From Armatimonadota bacterium (lineage in GTDB: Bacteria > Sysuimicrobiota > Sysuimicrobiia > Sysuimicrobiales > Kaftiobacteriaceae), in contig JBBIUY010000030.1 in the NCBI GenBank assembly GCA_037440005.1, forward strand, positions 1-35,001: DNA of 35,001 bases. Reading direction: 5' to 3'. Shown here piece by piece: positions 6,607-16,044 of the stretch. Position numbers and translations under genes: made by a program. A model generated the notes under the pieces. The model saw only the letters and a program-made list of their open reading frames with translations. It had not been told where the DNA came from and made no database searches. The first letter of the stretch is position 1. Every line of letters begins with the position of its first letter.

Positions 6607-8403
6607 GTGGACCGCCGCCGGGCCCGATCGTCTCGCAGGAGCCGGCTCCGGCCGGCTCCTGCGGTTGTGGCCGCCTCACCCCACCTGGTCGCCGACCACC
6701 GCCGCCTGGTCCGGCGGCGGCTGGCGGCGACGCGGGCGGTCCTGGTGGCCTCCCTGGCCGTGCTGGCAGGGAGGCTGGTCCAGCTGCAGGTGGTCCAGGG
6801 AGGGCGCCTGCAGGAGCTGGCCGCCCGCCAGCAGCTGGAGGCGATCGTCCTGGAGCCTCGCCGGGGGCGGATCCTGGACCGCCGCGGCCGGCCTCTGGCC
6901 GTCAACGTGGACGCGCCCTCCCTGTATGCGGTCCCCACCGCCATCCCTGACCCGGCCGCCTTCGCGCGCGTGGTGGCGCCGCTGGTGGGCCAGCCGGCGG
7001 CCGAGGTCGAACGGCGGGTGCGGGCCGGCCGGCACTTTGCCTGGCTGGCGCGCAAGGTGGACCCCCAGGTGGTGGCCCGGGTCCGGGCGGCGGTGCGGCC
7101 CGAGCAGGTCGGGGTCCTGACCGAGCAGCGCCGGGCCTACCCCAACGGTCCGCTGGGAGCGCACGTCCTGGGGTTCGCCGGCATCGACAACCAGGGGCTG
7201 GCGGGGGTGGAGCTGTCCTACGACAGCACCCTGCGGGGCGCCGCCGGCCGGGCGGTGGCCGCCCGCGACGGGCTGGGGCGCATCCTGGTGGAGACCCAGC
7301 GCGTCCTCAGCGCGCCCCGGAACGGGCAGGAGGTGCTGCTGACCGTCGACCAGGTCCTCCAGCACATCGCCGAGCGCGAACTGGCCGCCGCCGTCCGCCG
7401 CCACGACGCCGCCGGGGGCTGGGTGGTGGTCCTGGACCCGCGCAGCGGCGAGGTGCTGGCCATGGCGTCCTCCCCCGGCTTCGACCCCAACGCCGGCGTC
7501 CGGGCCGAGCCGCGCCTGTGGACCAACCGGGCGATCTCCGAGGTCTACGAGCCGGGCTCGACGTTCAAGATCTTCGTGCTGGCCGCCGCCCTCGACGCCG
7601 GGGTGGTGACGGCGGACCAGCAGGTCCTGTGCACCGGCCAGCTGAGCGCGCCGGGAGGGGCCGTCATCCGGGACTCGGGAGGCCAGCGGCACGGCTGGGT
7701 GACCCCCGCCGACATCATCCGGTATTCCTGCAACGTGGGCGCGGCGCTGGTGGGGACCAGGCTGGGCAAGGACCGCCTGTACACCTATATCCGCGCGTTC
7801 GGGTTCGGCCGGCCGGTGGGCGTCGACCTGCCCGGAGAGTCGGCCGGCATCGTCCCTCCGCCGGAGCGGTGGCTGGGGCCGGGCCTGCAGACCATCTCCT
7901 TCGGGCAGGGGCTGTCGGTGACTCCCCTGCAGCTGGCGGCCGCCGCCACGGCCCTGGCCAACGACGGCGTGGTGCTGCGGCCGTTTGTGGTGCGGGCGGT
8001 CCGGGACGCCGACGGGCGGATGGTCCGGGTGGTCGGCCGGCAGCCGGTGCGGCAGGTGATCCGGCCCGAGGTGGCCGCGCGGGTCCTTCAGATGATGGTG
8101 GGCACCACCGAGTCCGGCACCGGGACCGAGGCCCGGATCCCCGGGTACGCGGTGGCCGGCAAGACCGCCACGGCCCAGAAGCCGGCGCCCCAGGGCGGGT
8201 ACGACCCCGCCAGACTCGTGGCATCGTTTCTGGGACTGGTGCCGGTGCCTCACCCGCGCCTGCTGATCCTGGTCAGCCTGGACGAACCGCGCCGGGCGGC
8301 GTCGGGCGGCGAGGCGGCGGCGCCGGTGTTCCGGGAGATCGCCTCCCAGGCGCTGTGGTACCTGCGCGTCCCGCCGCAGACGTCTCCGGCGGGCGCGCCG
8401 TGA
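6607..8403 (+). CDS. ftsI: Class B penicillin-binding protein (FtsI/SpoVD-like transpeptidase)
   Basis: RGRILDR, RxYPNG, YEPGSTFK (SxxK), SCN (SxN) and AGKTATAQ. Start is uncertain (GTG 6607). Confidence 0.93.
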   Translation: MDRRRARSSRRSRLRPAPAVVAASPHLVADHRRLVRRRLAATRAVLVASLAVLAGRLVQLQVVQGGRLQELAARQQLEAIVLEPRRGRILDRRGRPLAVNVDAPSLYAVPTAIPDPAAFARVVAPLVGQPAAEVERRVRAGRHFAWLARKVDPQVVARVRAAVRPEQVGVLTEQRRAYPNGPLGAHVLGFAGIDNQGLAGVELSYDSTLRGAAGRAVAARDGLGRILVETQRVLSAPRNGQEVLLTVDQVLQHIAERELAAAVRRHDAAGGWVVVLDPRSGEVLAMASSPGFDPNAGVRAEPRLWTNRAISEVYEPGSTFKIFVLAAALDAGVVTADQQVLCTGQLSAPGGAVIRDSGGQRHGWVTPADIIRYSCNVGAALVGTRLGKDRLYTYIRAFGFGRPVGVDLPGESAGIVPPPERWLGPGLQTISFGQGLSVTPLQLAAAATALANDGVVLRPFVVRAVRDADGRMVRVVGRQPVRQVIRPEVAARVLQMMVGTTESGTGTEARIPGYAVAGKTATAQKPAPQGGYDPARLVASFLGLVPVPHPRLLILVSLDEPRRAASGGEAAAPVFREIASQALWYLRVPPQTSPAGAP

Positions 8404-8431
8404 GCGCACCCGGCGGCGACGAGGGGTCCGG

Positions 8432-8437
8432 TATAAT
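8432..8437 (+). promoter_or_regulatory. Internal -10 element upstream of murE
   Basis: Perfect TATAAT in a 52-nt GC-rich intergenic gap. No recognisable -35. Confidence 0.55.
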
Positions 8438-8455
8438 GGCCTGGGACCGTCAGCC

Positions 8456-9955
8456 GTGACCACCCCGCTGCGCGTGTTGCTCCAGCAGATGTCGCCGGCC
8501 GCCGTCCGGGGGCCTGTGGACCGACCGGTGGCGGCGGTGGTCTCCCACTCCGAGGACGTGAGTCCCGGAGCCCTCTTCGTGGCCATCCGCGGACACACCC
8601 ACGACGGGCACGCCTTCGTGGACCGGGCGATCAGGCGGGGAGCCGCCGTGGTGGTGGTGGAGCGCCCCGTGCCGGTGCCACAGACCGTCACCCAGGTGGT
8701 GGTGGACGACAGCCGCAGGGCCCTGGCCGAGCTCAGCGCCGCCTGGTACGGCCACCCCTCCCGGGAGCTGACGGTGGTGGGCGTGACCGGCACCAACGGC
8801 AAGGGGACCACCGCCTACCTGCTGGAGGCCGCCCTGACCCGCGCGGGGCACCGCACCGCGGTTATCGGCACCCTAGGGGTGAAGGTGGGAGCCCGCACGA
8901 CGCCGCTGTCGCGGACCACCCCCGAGGCGCCGGAGTTGCAGGGGCTGCTGCGGCGTCTGGCGGACCAGGGCGTGCGGGTGGTGGTGATGGAGGTGGCGTC
9001 CCACGGCCTGGTCCTGCACCGGGTGACGGCCACGCGGTTTGTGGGGGCGGTGTTCACCAACCTGACCCAGGACCACCTGGACTTCCACGGGACCCTGGAC
9101 GCCTACCGGGAGGCCAAGGCGCGGCTGTTCGCCCTGGTGGAGCCCACCGGGTTTTCGGTGGTCAACGCCGACGACCCGGCCGGCGAGGCGATGGCCCGCG
9201 CCAGCCGCGCTCCGGTGACCACCTACGGCCTGTCGGCGGGGGCCGACGTGCGGGCCGCCGACGTGCGGGTGGGGCTGGACGGGGTCCGCTTCGTGGCCCT
9301 GACCTCCACCACCCGGTGCGCGGTGCGGCTGCGGCTGCGGGGCCGGTTCAACGTCAGCAACGCCCTGGCCGCCCTGGCCGCCGCCCGGGCCCTGGGCGTC
9401 TCCCTGGACGCGGCGGCCGACGCGCTGGCGGACGTGGGCGGGGTGCCGGGGCGGTTCGAGGCGGTGGAGGAGGGCCAGCCCTTCGGCGTCATCGTGGACT
9501 ACGCCCACACCCCCGACGGGCTGCGCCGGGCCCTGGAGGCGGCGCGGGATCTGGCCGCGGGCCGGGTGGTGGTGGTCTTCGGGTGCGGGGGCGACCGGGA
9601 TCGCAGCAAGCGGCCGGTGATGGGCCGCATCGCCTGCGAGCTGGCCGACCGGGTGATCGTGACGTCCGACAACCCCCGCAGCGAGGAACCGATGGCCATC
9701 ATCCGGGAGATCCTCGCCGGGCTGCCTGAGGGGGGAGCGCGGGACCGGGTCGAGGTGGACCCGGACCGGCGGGCGGCCATCCACCGGGCGGTGGCGCTGG
9801 CCCGGCCGGGGGACGTGGTGCTGATCGCCGGCAAGGGGCATGAGCCCTACCAGGAGATCGCCGGCGTCCGGCACCCCTTCGACGACCGCCAGGTGGCGCG
9901 CGAGGCTCTGCGCGCCCTCGGGGTCGCCTCCCAGGTCCATGACCCTGACCGGTGA
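8456..9955 (+). CDS. murE: UDP-MurNAc-L-Ala-D-Glu--meso-diaminopimelate ligase
   Basis: GVTGTNGK, TTPE, MEVASHG, DHLDFH, DYAHTPD, FGCGGDRD, DNPRSE (DAP type) and AGKGHE. Confidence 0.97.
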   Translation: MTTPLRVLLQQMSPAAVRGPVDRPVAAVVSHSEDVSPGALFVAIRGHTHDGHAFVDRAIRRGAAVVVVERPVPVPQTVTQVVVDDSRRALAELSAAWYGHPSRELTVVGVTGTNGKGTTAYLLEAALTRAGHRTAVIGTLGVKVGARTTPLSRTTPEAPELQGLLRRLADQGVRVVVMEVASHGLVLHRVTATRFVGAVFTNLTQDHLDFHGTLDAYREAKARLFALVEPTGFSVVNADDPAGEAMARASRAPVTTYGLSAGADVRAADVRVGLDGVRFVALTSTTRCAVRLRLRGRFNVSNALAALAAARALGVSLDAAADALADVGGVPGRFEAVEEGQPFGVIVDYAHTPDGLRRALEAARDLAAGRVVVVFGCGGDRDRSKRPVMGRIACELADRVIVTSDNPRSEEPMAIIREILAGLPEGGARDRVEVDPDRRAAIHRAVALARPGDVVLIAGKGHEPYQEIAGVRHPFDDRQVAREALRALGVASQVHDPDR

Positions 9956-11333
9956 GGAGATCCTGCAGGCCACCGGGGGCGTGGTGCTGTCGGGCGCCCC
10001 GGACCGGTGCGTCGTCACCGGGGTGAGCACCGACAGCCGCACCCTGCGCCCGGGGGATCTGTTCGTCCCGCTGCAGGGGCCGCGGGCCGACGGCCACGAC
10101 TTCATCGCCGACGCCTTCTCTCGGGGGGCGGCCGCCGCGCTGTGCGCGCGGCCGGTCGGCGGCGTGCCCGACGGCGCGCTGCTGGTGCGGGTGGACGACA
10201 CGCTGCGGGCGCTGGGCCAGCTGGCCCGGGCCTGGCGCCGGCGCCTGCCGGTGCGGGTGGTGGGCGTCACCGGCAGCGTCGGCAAGACCACGACCACCCA
10301 GATGTGCGCGGCGGTCCTGGGCCAGGCCTACCGGGTGGCGGCCACCCGGGAAGAGTGGAACGCCGAGATCGGCGTGCCCCTGCTGGTCCTGGGCCTGCGG
10401 CCCCAGCACCAGGTGGCCGTGGTGGAGATGGCGATGCGGGGGGCGGGGCAGATCGCCTCCCTGGTGGAGATCGCGGCCCCGTCGGTGGGCGTGGTGACGG
10501 CCGTGGGCGAAGCCCACCTGGAGTTTCTGGGGACGGTGGAGGCCATCGCGCAGGCCAAGGGCGAACTGGTCGCCGGCCTGCCGCCCGACGGCGTGGCGGT
10601 GCTCAACCGCGACGACGACCTGGTCTGGGGGCTGCGCCGGCTGTGCCGGGGGCGGGTGGTGGGCTACGGGCTGTCCGCCGGCGCAGAGGTCGCCGCCTCC
10701 GATGTCCGCCTGGATGCCGACGGCACCACCTTCCTGCTGCACGCGGCCGGGACGACCCGCACGGTGCGGCTGGCCTGCTGGGGCCGGCACAACGTCGGCA
10801 ACGCCCTGGCCGCGGCGGCCGTGGGGATGGTCCTGGGAGTGGACCCGGACCGCATCGCCGCGGGCCTGGGCGCCTGGCGGCCGCCGGCGATGCGCCTGCA
10901 GCCCGTGCGCGCGGGCGGGGTGCTGATCATCAACGACGCGTACAACAGCAGCCCCCTGGCCGCCCGCGCGGCGCTGGCGGTGCTGGCCGAGGTGGGGCGG
11001 GGGCGCCGGCGGGTGGCCGTGCTGGGCGAGATGCGGGAGCTGGGCCCCCGCTCGGCGGAGCTGCACCGGCAGGTGGGAGCGCAGGCCGCGCACCACGCGG
11101 ACGTCCTGCTGGCGGTGGGAGAGGGCGCCGCCGGGCTGGCCGCGGGGGCGGGGCAGGCCGGGCTGCCGCTCGTCGAGCACGCGGCGACGGTGGAAGACGC
11201 CATCGCCAGGCTGCGGGAACTGGTCCGGCCAGACGACGTGGTCCTGGTCAAGGGCTCTCGCGCCCTGCGGATGGAGCGCATCGTGGAAGCTCTGACCGCT
11301 GCGGGGCCCGGGACGGAGGGGGGAGGCGGCTGA
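9939..11333 (+). CDS. murF: UDP-MurNAc-tripeptide--D-Ala-D-Ala ligase
   Basis: STDSR, DGHDF, GVTGSVGKTTT, INDAYNSSP, LGEMRELG and LVKGSR. Confidence 0.96.
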   Translation: MTLTGEEILQATGGVVLSGAPDRCVVTGVSTDSRTLRPGDLFVPLQGPRADGHDFIADAFSRGAAAALCARPVGGVPDGALLVRVDDTLRALGQLARAWRRRLPVRVVGVTGSVGKTTTTQMCAAVLGQAYRVAATREEWNAEIGVPLLVLGLRPQHQVAVVEMAMRGAGQIASLVEIAAPSVGVVTAVGEAHLEFLGTVEAIAQAKGELVAGLPPDGVAVLNRDDDLVWGLRRLCRGRVVGYGLSAGAEVAASDVRLDADGTTFLLHAAGTTRTVRLACWGRHNVGNALAAAAVGMVLGVDPDRIAAGLGAWRPPAMRLQPVRAGGVLIINDAYNSSPLAARAALAVLAEVGRGRRRVAVLGEMRELGPRSAELHRQVGAQAAHHADVLLAVGEGAAGLAAGAGQAGLPLVEHAATVEDAIARLRELVRPDDVVLVKGSRALRMERIVEALTAAGPGTEGGGG

Positions 11334-11337
11334 GGCC

Positions 11338-12291
11338 GTGGACCGCCCGATGCTCGCCGCCGCGCTGGCCGCCGCGCTGACCCTGGCGCTGGGGCGCTGG
11401 GCCATCTCCCGCCTGGCCGCCCTGCAGGTGCGCCAGCGCATCCGCGAGGACGCCCCGGCCCGCCACCGGCACAAGGCGGGCACGCCGACCATGGGGGGCG
11501 TGTTCCTGCTGGCCGCCGTGATCCTGGCCACCCTCCCCCTCGCCCCCAGGACTCCGGCGCTAGTCCTGGCCCTGGGCCTGATGGTCGCCTTCGGGGCTGT
11601 CGGCGCGGTGGACGACCTGCTGGCCCTGCGGCGGGGCCGCAACCTGGGGCTGCGGGCGCGGGAGCGGCTGCTGCTGCAGGGGCTGGTGGCCGCCGCGGCC
11701 ACGGCGGTCCTCATCCGGTGGTTGGAGGTGGACGGCGCGCTGCAGATCCCGCGGGTGGGCTCTGTCCCCCTGGGACGCCTGTACGCCGTCTTCGTGGTCG
11801 TCTACCTGGTGGGCGTCACCAACGCGGTGAACCTGTCCGACGGACTGGACGGGCTCGCGGCGGGATCGGCGGCCATCGCCGCGGCTGTCTACGCCGTCCT
11901 GGCCGCCCGGGCCGGCCGCCCCGACATGGCGATCCTGGCGGCGGCGGTGGCCGGCGCGTGCGCCGCCTTTGTGTGGTTCAACGCGCACCCGGCGGCGGTC
12001 TTCATGGGCGACGTGGGTTCCAACGGCCTGGGGGGCGTGCTGGGCGGGATCGCCGTCGCCACCCGCAGCGAGGTCCTGCTGCTGGTGGTGGGGCTGGTGT
12101 TTGTGCTGGAGGCCGCCTCGGTGCTCCTGCAAGTGGCCTACTTCAAGGTCACCGGAGGCCGCCGGATCCTGCGCATGAGCCCTCTGCACCACCACTTCGA
12201 GCTGGCCGGGTGGAGCGAGCCCCAGACGGTGACGCGGATGTGGCTGGTGGGCGTGGCGGCGGGGCTGGCGGGACTGGCGCTGGGCGGATAG
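11338..12291 (+). CDS. mraY: Phospho-N-acetylmuramoyl-pentapeptide transferase
   Basis: KAGTPTMGG, NAVNLSDGLDGL, FMGDVGS and MSPLHHHFEL. Multiple TM helices. Confidence 0.97.
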   Translation: MDRPMLAAALAAALTLALGRWAISRLAALQVRQRIREDAPARHRHKAGTPTMGGVFLLAAVILATLPLAPRTPALVLALGLMVAFGAVGAVDDLLALRRGRNLGLRARERLLLQGLVAAAATAVLIRWLEVDGALQIPRVGSVPLGRLYAVFVVVYLVGVTNAVNLSDGLDGLAAGSAAIAAAVYAVLAARAGRPDMAILAAAVAGACAAFVWFNAHPAAVFMGDVGSNGLGGVLGGIAVATRSEVLLLVVGLVFVLEAASVLLQVAYFKVTGGRRILRMSPLHHHFELAGWSEPQTVTRMWLVGVAAGLAGLALGG

Positions 12292-12314
12292 AGGCCGCTC
12301 CGGGCGGGAGGGCG

Positions 12315-13799
12315 ATGGGACAGACGTCGCGGGCGGACGCGGTGGTCAGCCGGCTGCGGGGCCGGGCCATCCACGTGGTGGGGCCGGCAGGGACCGAGGG
12401 GTCCGCGGTGGTGGACTTCCTGGTGGGACGGGGGATCACCACCATCACCGTCCACGAGTTCCGCCGCCCGGACGACTTCGAGGCCGAGTTCGTCCGCACC
12501 CACGCCTGGCTGCCGGCGGACCACCGGGCCCGGGCCGCCCGTCGGCTGCGGGAGTACCCCATCCAGTGGCGGTGGGCCGACCGGTACCTGGAGGGGGTGG
12601 AGGACGCCGACGTGGTCTTCGTCCCCCAGTCCTGGTTCCGCTACCCGGTCAACCGGCCGCTGCACCGCCTGCGGGAGCGGGGGGTGCTGCATTCGATGAC
12701 CCGTCTGTTCTTCGAGGTCTGCCCCTGCCCCGTCATCGGCGTCACCGGAACCAACGGCAAGTACACCGTGGCCTACCTCATCCACCGGATGCTGCTGGCC
12801 GGCGGCCAGCGCACCCACCTGTCCGGCAACGACCGGTCCCACACCCCCATGCTGTACTACCTGGACGAGATCGGGCCCCGGGACTGGCTGGTGCTGGAAC
12901 TGTCCAACCGGCAGCTGGTGGACCTGCCCTACAGTCCCCATATCGCGGTGCTGACCAACCTGTCGCCCCACCACCTGGATGACCACGGCTCCCTGGAGGC
13001 GTACATCGAGGTCAAGCGCACCATCGTCCGCCACCAGGGGCCCGGCGACCTGGCGGTGCTCAACGCCGACAACCCCCACACGGCGGCCACCGCCGCGATC
13101 TGTCCCCAGCCGTACCTGTTCAGCCGCACCCGCGCGCTGACGGCCGGCGCGTGGGTGGAGGGCGCTGACCTGGTCGTCCGCCACGGGCAGACCGAGCAGC
13201 GGGTGCCCCGCAGCGTCCTGAGGCTGCCGGGCGCCCACCAGGTGGAGAATGCCCTCGCCGCCTGCCTGGCGGCCTCCCTGGCCGGTTGCCCGGCGTCGGC
13301 GATGGCGCAGGCCCTCGGCGAGTTCACCGGGCTGCCGTACCGGTTCCGCCTGGCGGCCGAAGTGGACGGCGTGCGGTACTACGAAGACTCCCTGGCGACC
13401 AATCCGGCGGCGGCCGCGGCCGCCATCCGGAGCCTGGACCGCCCCTTCGCCCTCATCGCCGGGGGAGCGCGTCCCGGCGCCACCGAGGAGCAGTTCGTGC
13501 CCATGGAGCAGGCGCTGCGCGAGGCGCCGGTGAAGGCCGTGGTCCTGGTGGGCGCCACCGCCCCGGTGCTGGCCCGGGCCCTGCGGGGGCTGCCCGTCCG
13601 CCTGGCCGCCACCCTGGAGGAGGCCGTGGATGTGGCCTCCTCCGCGGTGGGGCCCGGGGAGGCGGTACTGCTGTCTCCCGGATGCGAGAGCTTCGACCAG
13701 TTCCGCGACTACCGCGAGCGCGGCGACCGCTTTCTGGACCTGGTGCGCCGGAGGGCGGAGGCCTCTGCGGATCGCGGGACGTCCGGGGGGCAGGCGTGA
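12315..13799 (+). CDS. murD: MurD-like Mur ligase (UDP-MurNAc-L-Ala--glutamate ligase), divergent motifs
   Basis: Syntenic between mraY and ftsW. GVTGTNGK, HLD, DSxATN and LLSPGCESFDQF...RG. Several canonical residues are substituted. Confidence 0.85.
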   Translation: MGQTSRADAVVSRLRGRAIHVVGPAGTEGSAVVDFLVGRGITTITVHEFRRPDDFEAEFVRTHAWLPADHRARAARRLREYPIQWRWADRYLEGVEDADVVFVPQSWFRYPVNRPLHRLRERGVLHSMTRLFFEVCPCPVIGVTGTNGKYTVAYLIHRMLLAGGQRTHLSGNDRSHTPMLYYLDEIGPRDWLVLELSNRQLVDLPYSPHIAVLTNLSPHHLDDHGSLEAYIEVKRTIVRHQGPGDLAVLNADNPHTAATAAICPQPYLFSRTRALTAGAWVEGADLVVRHGQTEQRVPRSVLRLPGAHQVENALAACLAASLAGCPASAMAQALGEFTGLPYRFRLAAEVDGVRYYEDSLATNPAAAAAAIRSLDRPFALIAGGARPGATEEQFVPMEQALREAPVKAVVLVGATAPVLARALRGLPVRLAATLEEAVDVASSAVGPGEAVLLSPGCESFDQFRDYRERGDRFLDLVRRRAEASADRGTSGGQA

Positions 13800-14953
13800 T
13801 CGCGCCGGCGCGGCGGGCGCCGGACCCGTGGGTGTTCGGGGCGGTGGTGGTCCTGACGGGGGTCGGGGTGGTGATGGTGTACAGTGCCAGCGCCATCGTG
13901 GCCCACGAGTGGTTCGGCGACAGCGCATTCTTCCTCAAGCGCCAGGCCGCCTGGGCGGTCCTGGGACTGGCCGCCCTGGCCTTGGCGCAGCGCGTGCACT
14001 ACGTCCGGCTGCGAGCCCTGGCGCCGGTCCTGCTGGCGGCGGGACTGGCGGCCCTGGTCCTGGTCCTGGTGCCGGGGATCGGCCGGACGGCCGGGGGCGC
14101 GCGGCGGTGGCTGCCTGTGGGCGGGTCGCTGGCGGTCCAGCCTTCGGAGGGGATGAAGCTGGCGCTGGTGCTGTACCTGGCCGACGTGCTGGACCGCCGC
14201 GGGTCCCGGGTGGGAGACCTGCGGGCGATCGCGGCGCCCCTGGCCGTCACCGCCGCGGTGTTCGCCCTCGTGGTAGCCCAGCCCGACATGGGCACGGCGC
14301 TGCTGCTGGCCCTGGTGGCCGGCGGGATGCTGTTTGTGGCGGGGGCGCGGCCCCGCCACCTGGCGGCCGTGGGACTGGCCGGCCTCCCCGTGGTGGCGGC
14401 GGCCGCCCTGAGCGAAGAGTACCGGCGCCAGCGGCTGCTGGCGTTCGTGGATCCCTGGCGCGACCCGCAGGGCGCCGGCTTCCACATCATCCAGTCGCTG
14501 CTGGCTTTGGGCTCGGGAGGCTTCTGGGGGGTGGGACTGGGCCACAGCCGCCAGAAGTTCTACTACCTGCCGGAGCGGCACACGGACTTCATCTTCAGCA
14601 TCCTGGGGGAGGAGCTGGGGGTGGTGGGCGGGCTGGCGGTGCTGGCCCTGTACGGGGTGCTGGCCGTCCGGGGGATGCGCATCGCCCGGACGGCGCCGGA
14701 CCGCTTCGCCAGCCTGCTGGCGGCCGGCGTCACCCTGACCATCGTGGCGCAGGCGGCGATCAACATCGGCGTGACCACCGGCGTGCTGCCCATCACCGGC
14801 GTGCCCCTGCCCCTGGTCAGCTTCGGGGGATCCTCCCTGCTGTTCACGATGGTCGCCGCGGGCGTCCTGCTCAACATCTCCCAGCACGCCGACGCGGATT
14901 CCCCCGCCCGGACGGGCCTGCCGGGTGGCCGGGGGGCGAGGGGCGGCCGATGA
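13796..14953 (+). CDS. ftsW: SEDS peptidoglycan glycosyltransferase FtsW
   Basis: MVYSAS, GARRW, QPSE, QPDMGT, LPERHTDFIFSILGEELG and LPLVSFGGSS. GTGA overlap with murD. Confidence 0.96.
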   Translation: MIAPARRAPDPWVFGAVVVLTGVGVVMVYSASAIVAHEWFGDSAFFLKRQAAWAVLGLAALALAQRVHYVRLRALAPVLLAAGLAALVLVLVPGIGRTAGGARRWLPVGGSLAVQPSEGMKLALVLYLADVLDRRGSRVGDLRAIAAPLAVTAAVFALVVAQPDMGTALLLALVAGGMLFVAGARPRHLAAVGLAGLPVVAAAALSEEYRRQRLLAFVDPWRDPQGAGFHIIQSLLALGSGGFWGVGLGHSRQKFYYLPERHTDFIFSILGEELGVVGGLAVLALYGVLAVRGMRIARTAPDRFASLLAAGVTLTIVAQAAINIGVTTGVLPITGVPLPLVSFGGSSLLFTMVAAGVLLNISQHADADSPARTGLPGGRGARGGR

Positions 14954-16044
14954 GGGTGGTCATCGCGGGCGGGGGAACCGGCGGGCACGTCTATCCCGGG
15001 CTGGCGGTGGCGGAGGCGCTGGCTGCGCTGGCCCCCGGGACGGAGATCGTCTTCGCCGGAGGGGACGGCCTGGAGCGTCAGGTCGTGCCGCGGGCCGGGT
15101 GGGCGTTTCGCCGCGTCCACTGCCGCCCGTGGGCGCGCTCCGGCCTGCGGAAGGTTCCGGGGGCGGCCGCCACCGCCGTCGGCGTGGCCCAGTCCGTGGC
15201 CTGGCTGGCTCGCTGGCGGCCCCGGGTGGTCCTGGCCACCGGCGGGTACGCGGCGATCCCGGTGGGTCTGGCGGCCGTCCTGCTGGGAATCCCTCTGGTG
15301 GTGCAGGAGCAAAACGTCGTCCCCGGAGCCGCCAACCGGCTGCTGGCCCGCTGGGCGCGGGCGGTCAGCGTGCCCCACCCGCGGGCCGCGGCCTCCCTGG
15401 GGCCCCGGACGGTGGTCACCGGCGTGCCGGTGCGCGCCGCGGCGCTGGACGGGGACAGAGAGCGCGGACGACGGACCTTTGGGCTGCAGGAGGGCCGCAC
15501 CACGGTGCTGGTCCTGGGAGGAAGCCAGGGAGCCCGCAGCCTGAACGCCGCGGCCCTGGGAATGGCGACCCACCTGGCCGGCCGGCCGGTGCAGGTCCTG
15601 CACCAGACGGGAACAGCCCACCACGACTGGGTGCGCCGCCAGCGGGAGGAGCTGGACAGTTCGCTGCCGTACGTGTGCGTTCCGTACATCGAGCACGTGG
15701 CCGACGCCTACGCCTGCTCCGACCTGGTCGTCTGCCGCGCGGGAGCCAGCACCCTGGCCGAGGTGACCGCCCACGGCCTGCCGGTGGTCGCGGTGCCCTA
15801 TCCGTACGCCGCCTCCGGCCACCAGGACGCCAACGCCCGGGTCCTGGAGGAGGCCGGCGCCGCGGTGGTGATTGCCGACCGGGACCTGTCCCCCCAGCGC
15901 CTGGGCGGGGCCGTGGCCGACCTGTGCGCCCGCCCCGCCGCCCTGGAGGCGATGGCGCGGGCTAGCCGCTCCCTGGGCCGTCCCGGCGCCGCCCGGGCCG
16001 TGGCGGACCTGGTGCTGGAGGCCGCCAGAGGAGGACGGACGTGA
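14950..16044 (+). CDS. murG: Undecaprenyl-PP-MurNAc-pentapeptide N-acetylglucosaminyltransferase
   Basis: GGGTGGHVYP, TGGY, EQNVVPGAAN, GGSQGA, RAGAST and HQDANA. Confidence 0.97.
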   Translation: MRVVIAGGGTGGHVYPGLAVAEALAALAPGTEIVFAGGDGLERQVVPRAGWAFRRVHCRPWARSGLRKVPGAAATAVGVAQSVAWLARWRPRVVLATGGYAAIPVGLAAVLLGIPLVVQEQNVVPGAANRLLARWARAVSVPHPRAAASLGPRTVVTGVPVRAAALDGDRERGRRTFGLQEGRTTVLVLGGSQGARSLNAAALGMATHLAGRPVQVLHQTGTAHHDWVRRQREELDSSLPYVCVPYIEHVADAYACSDLVVCRAGASTLAEVTAHGLPVVAVPYPYAASGHQDANARVLEEAGAAVVIADRDLSPQRLGGAVADLCARPAALEAMARASRSLGRPGAARAVADLVLEAARGGRT

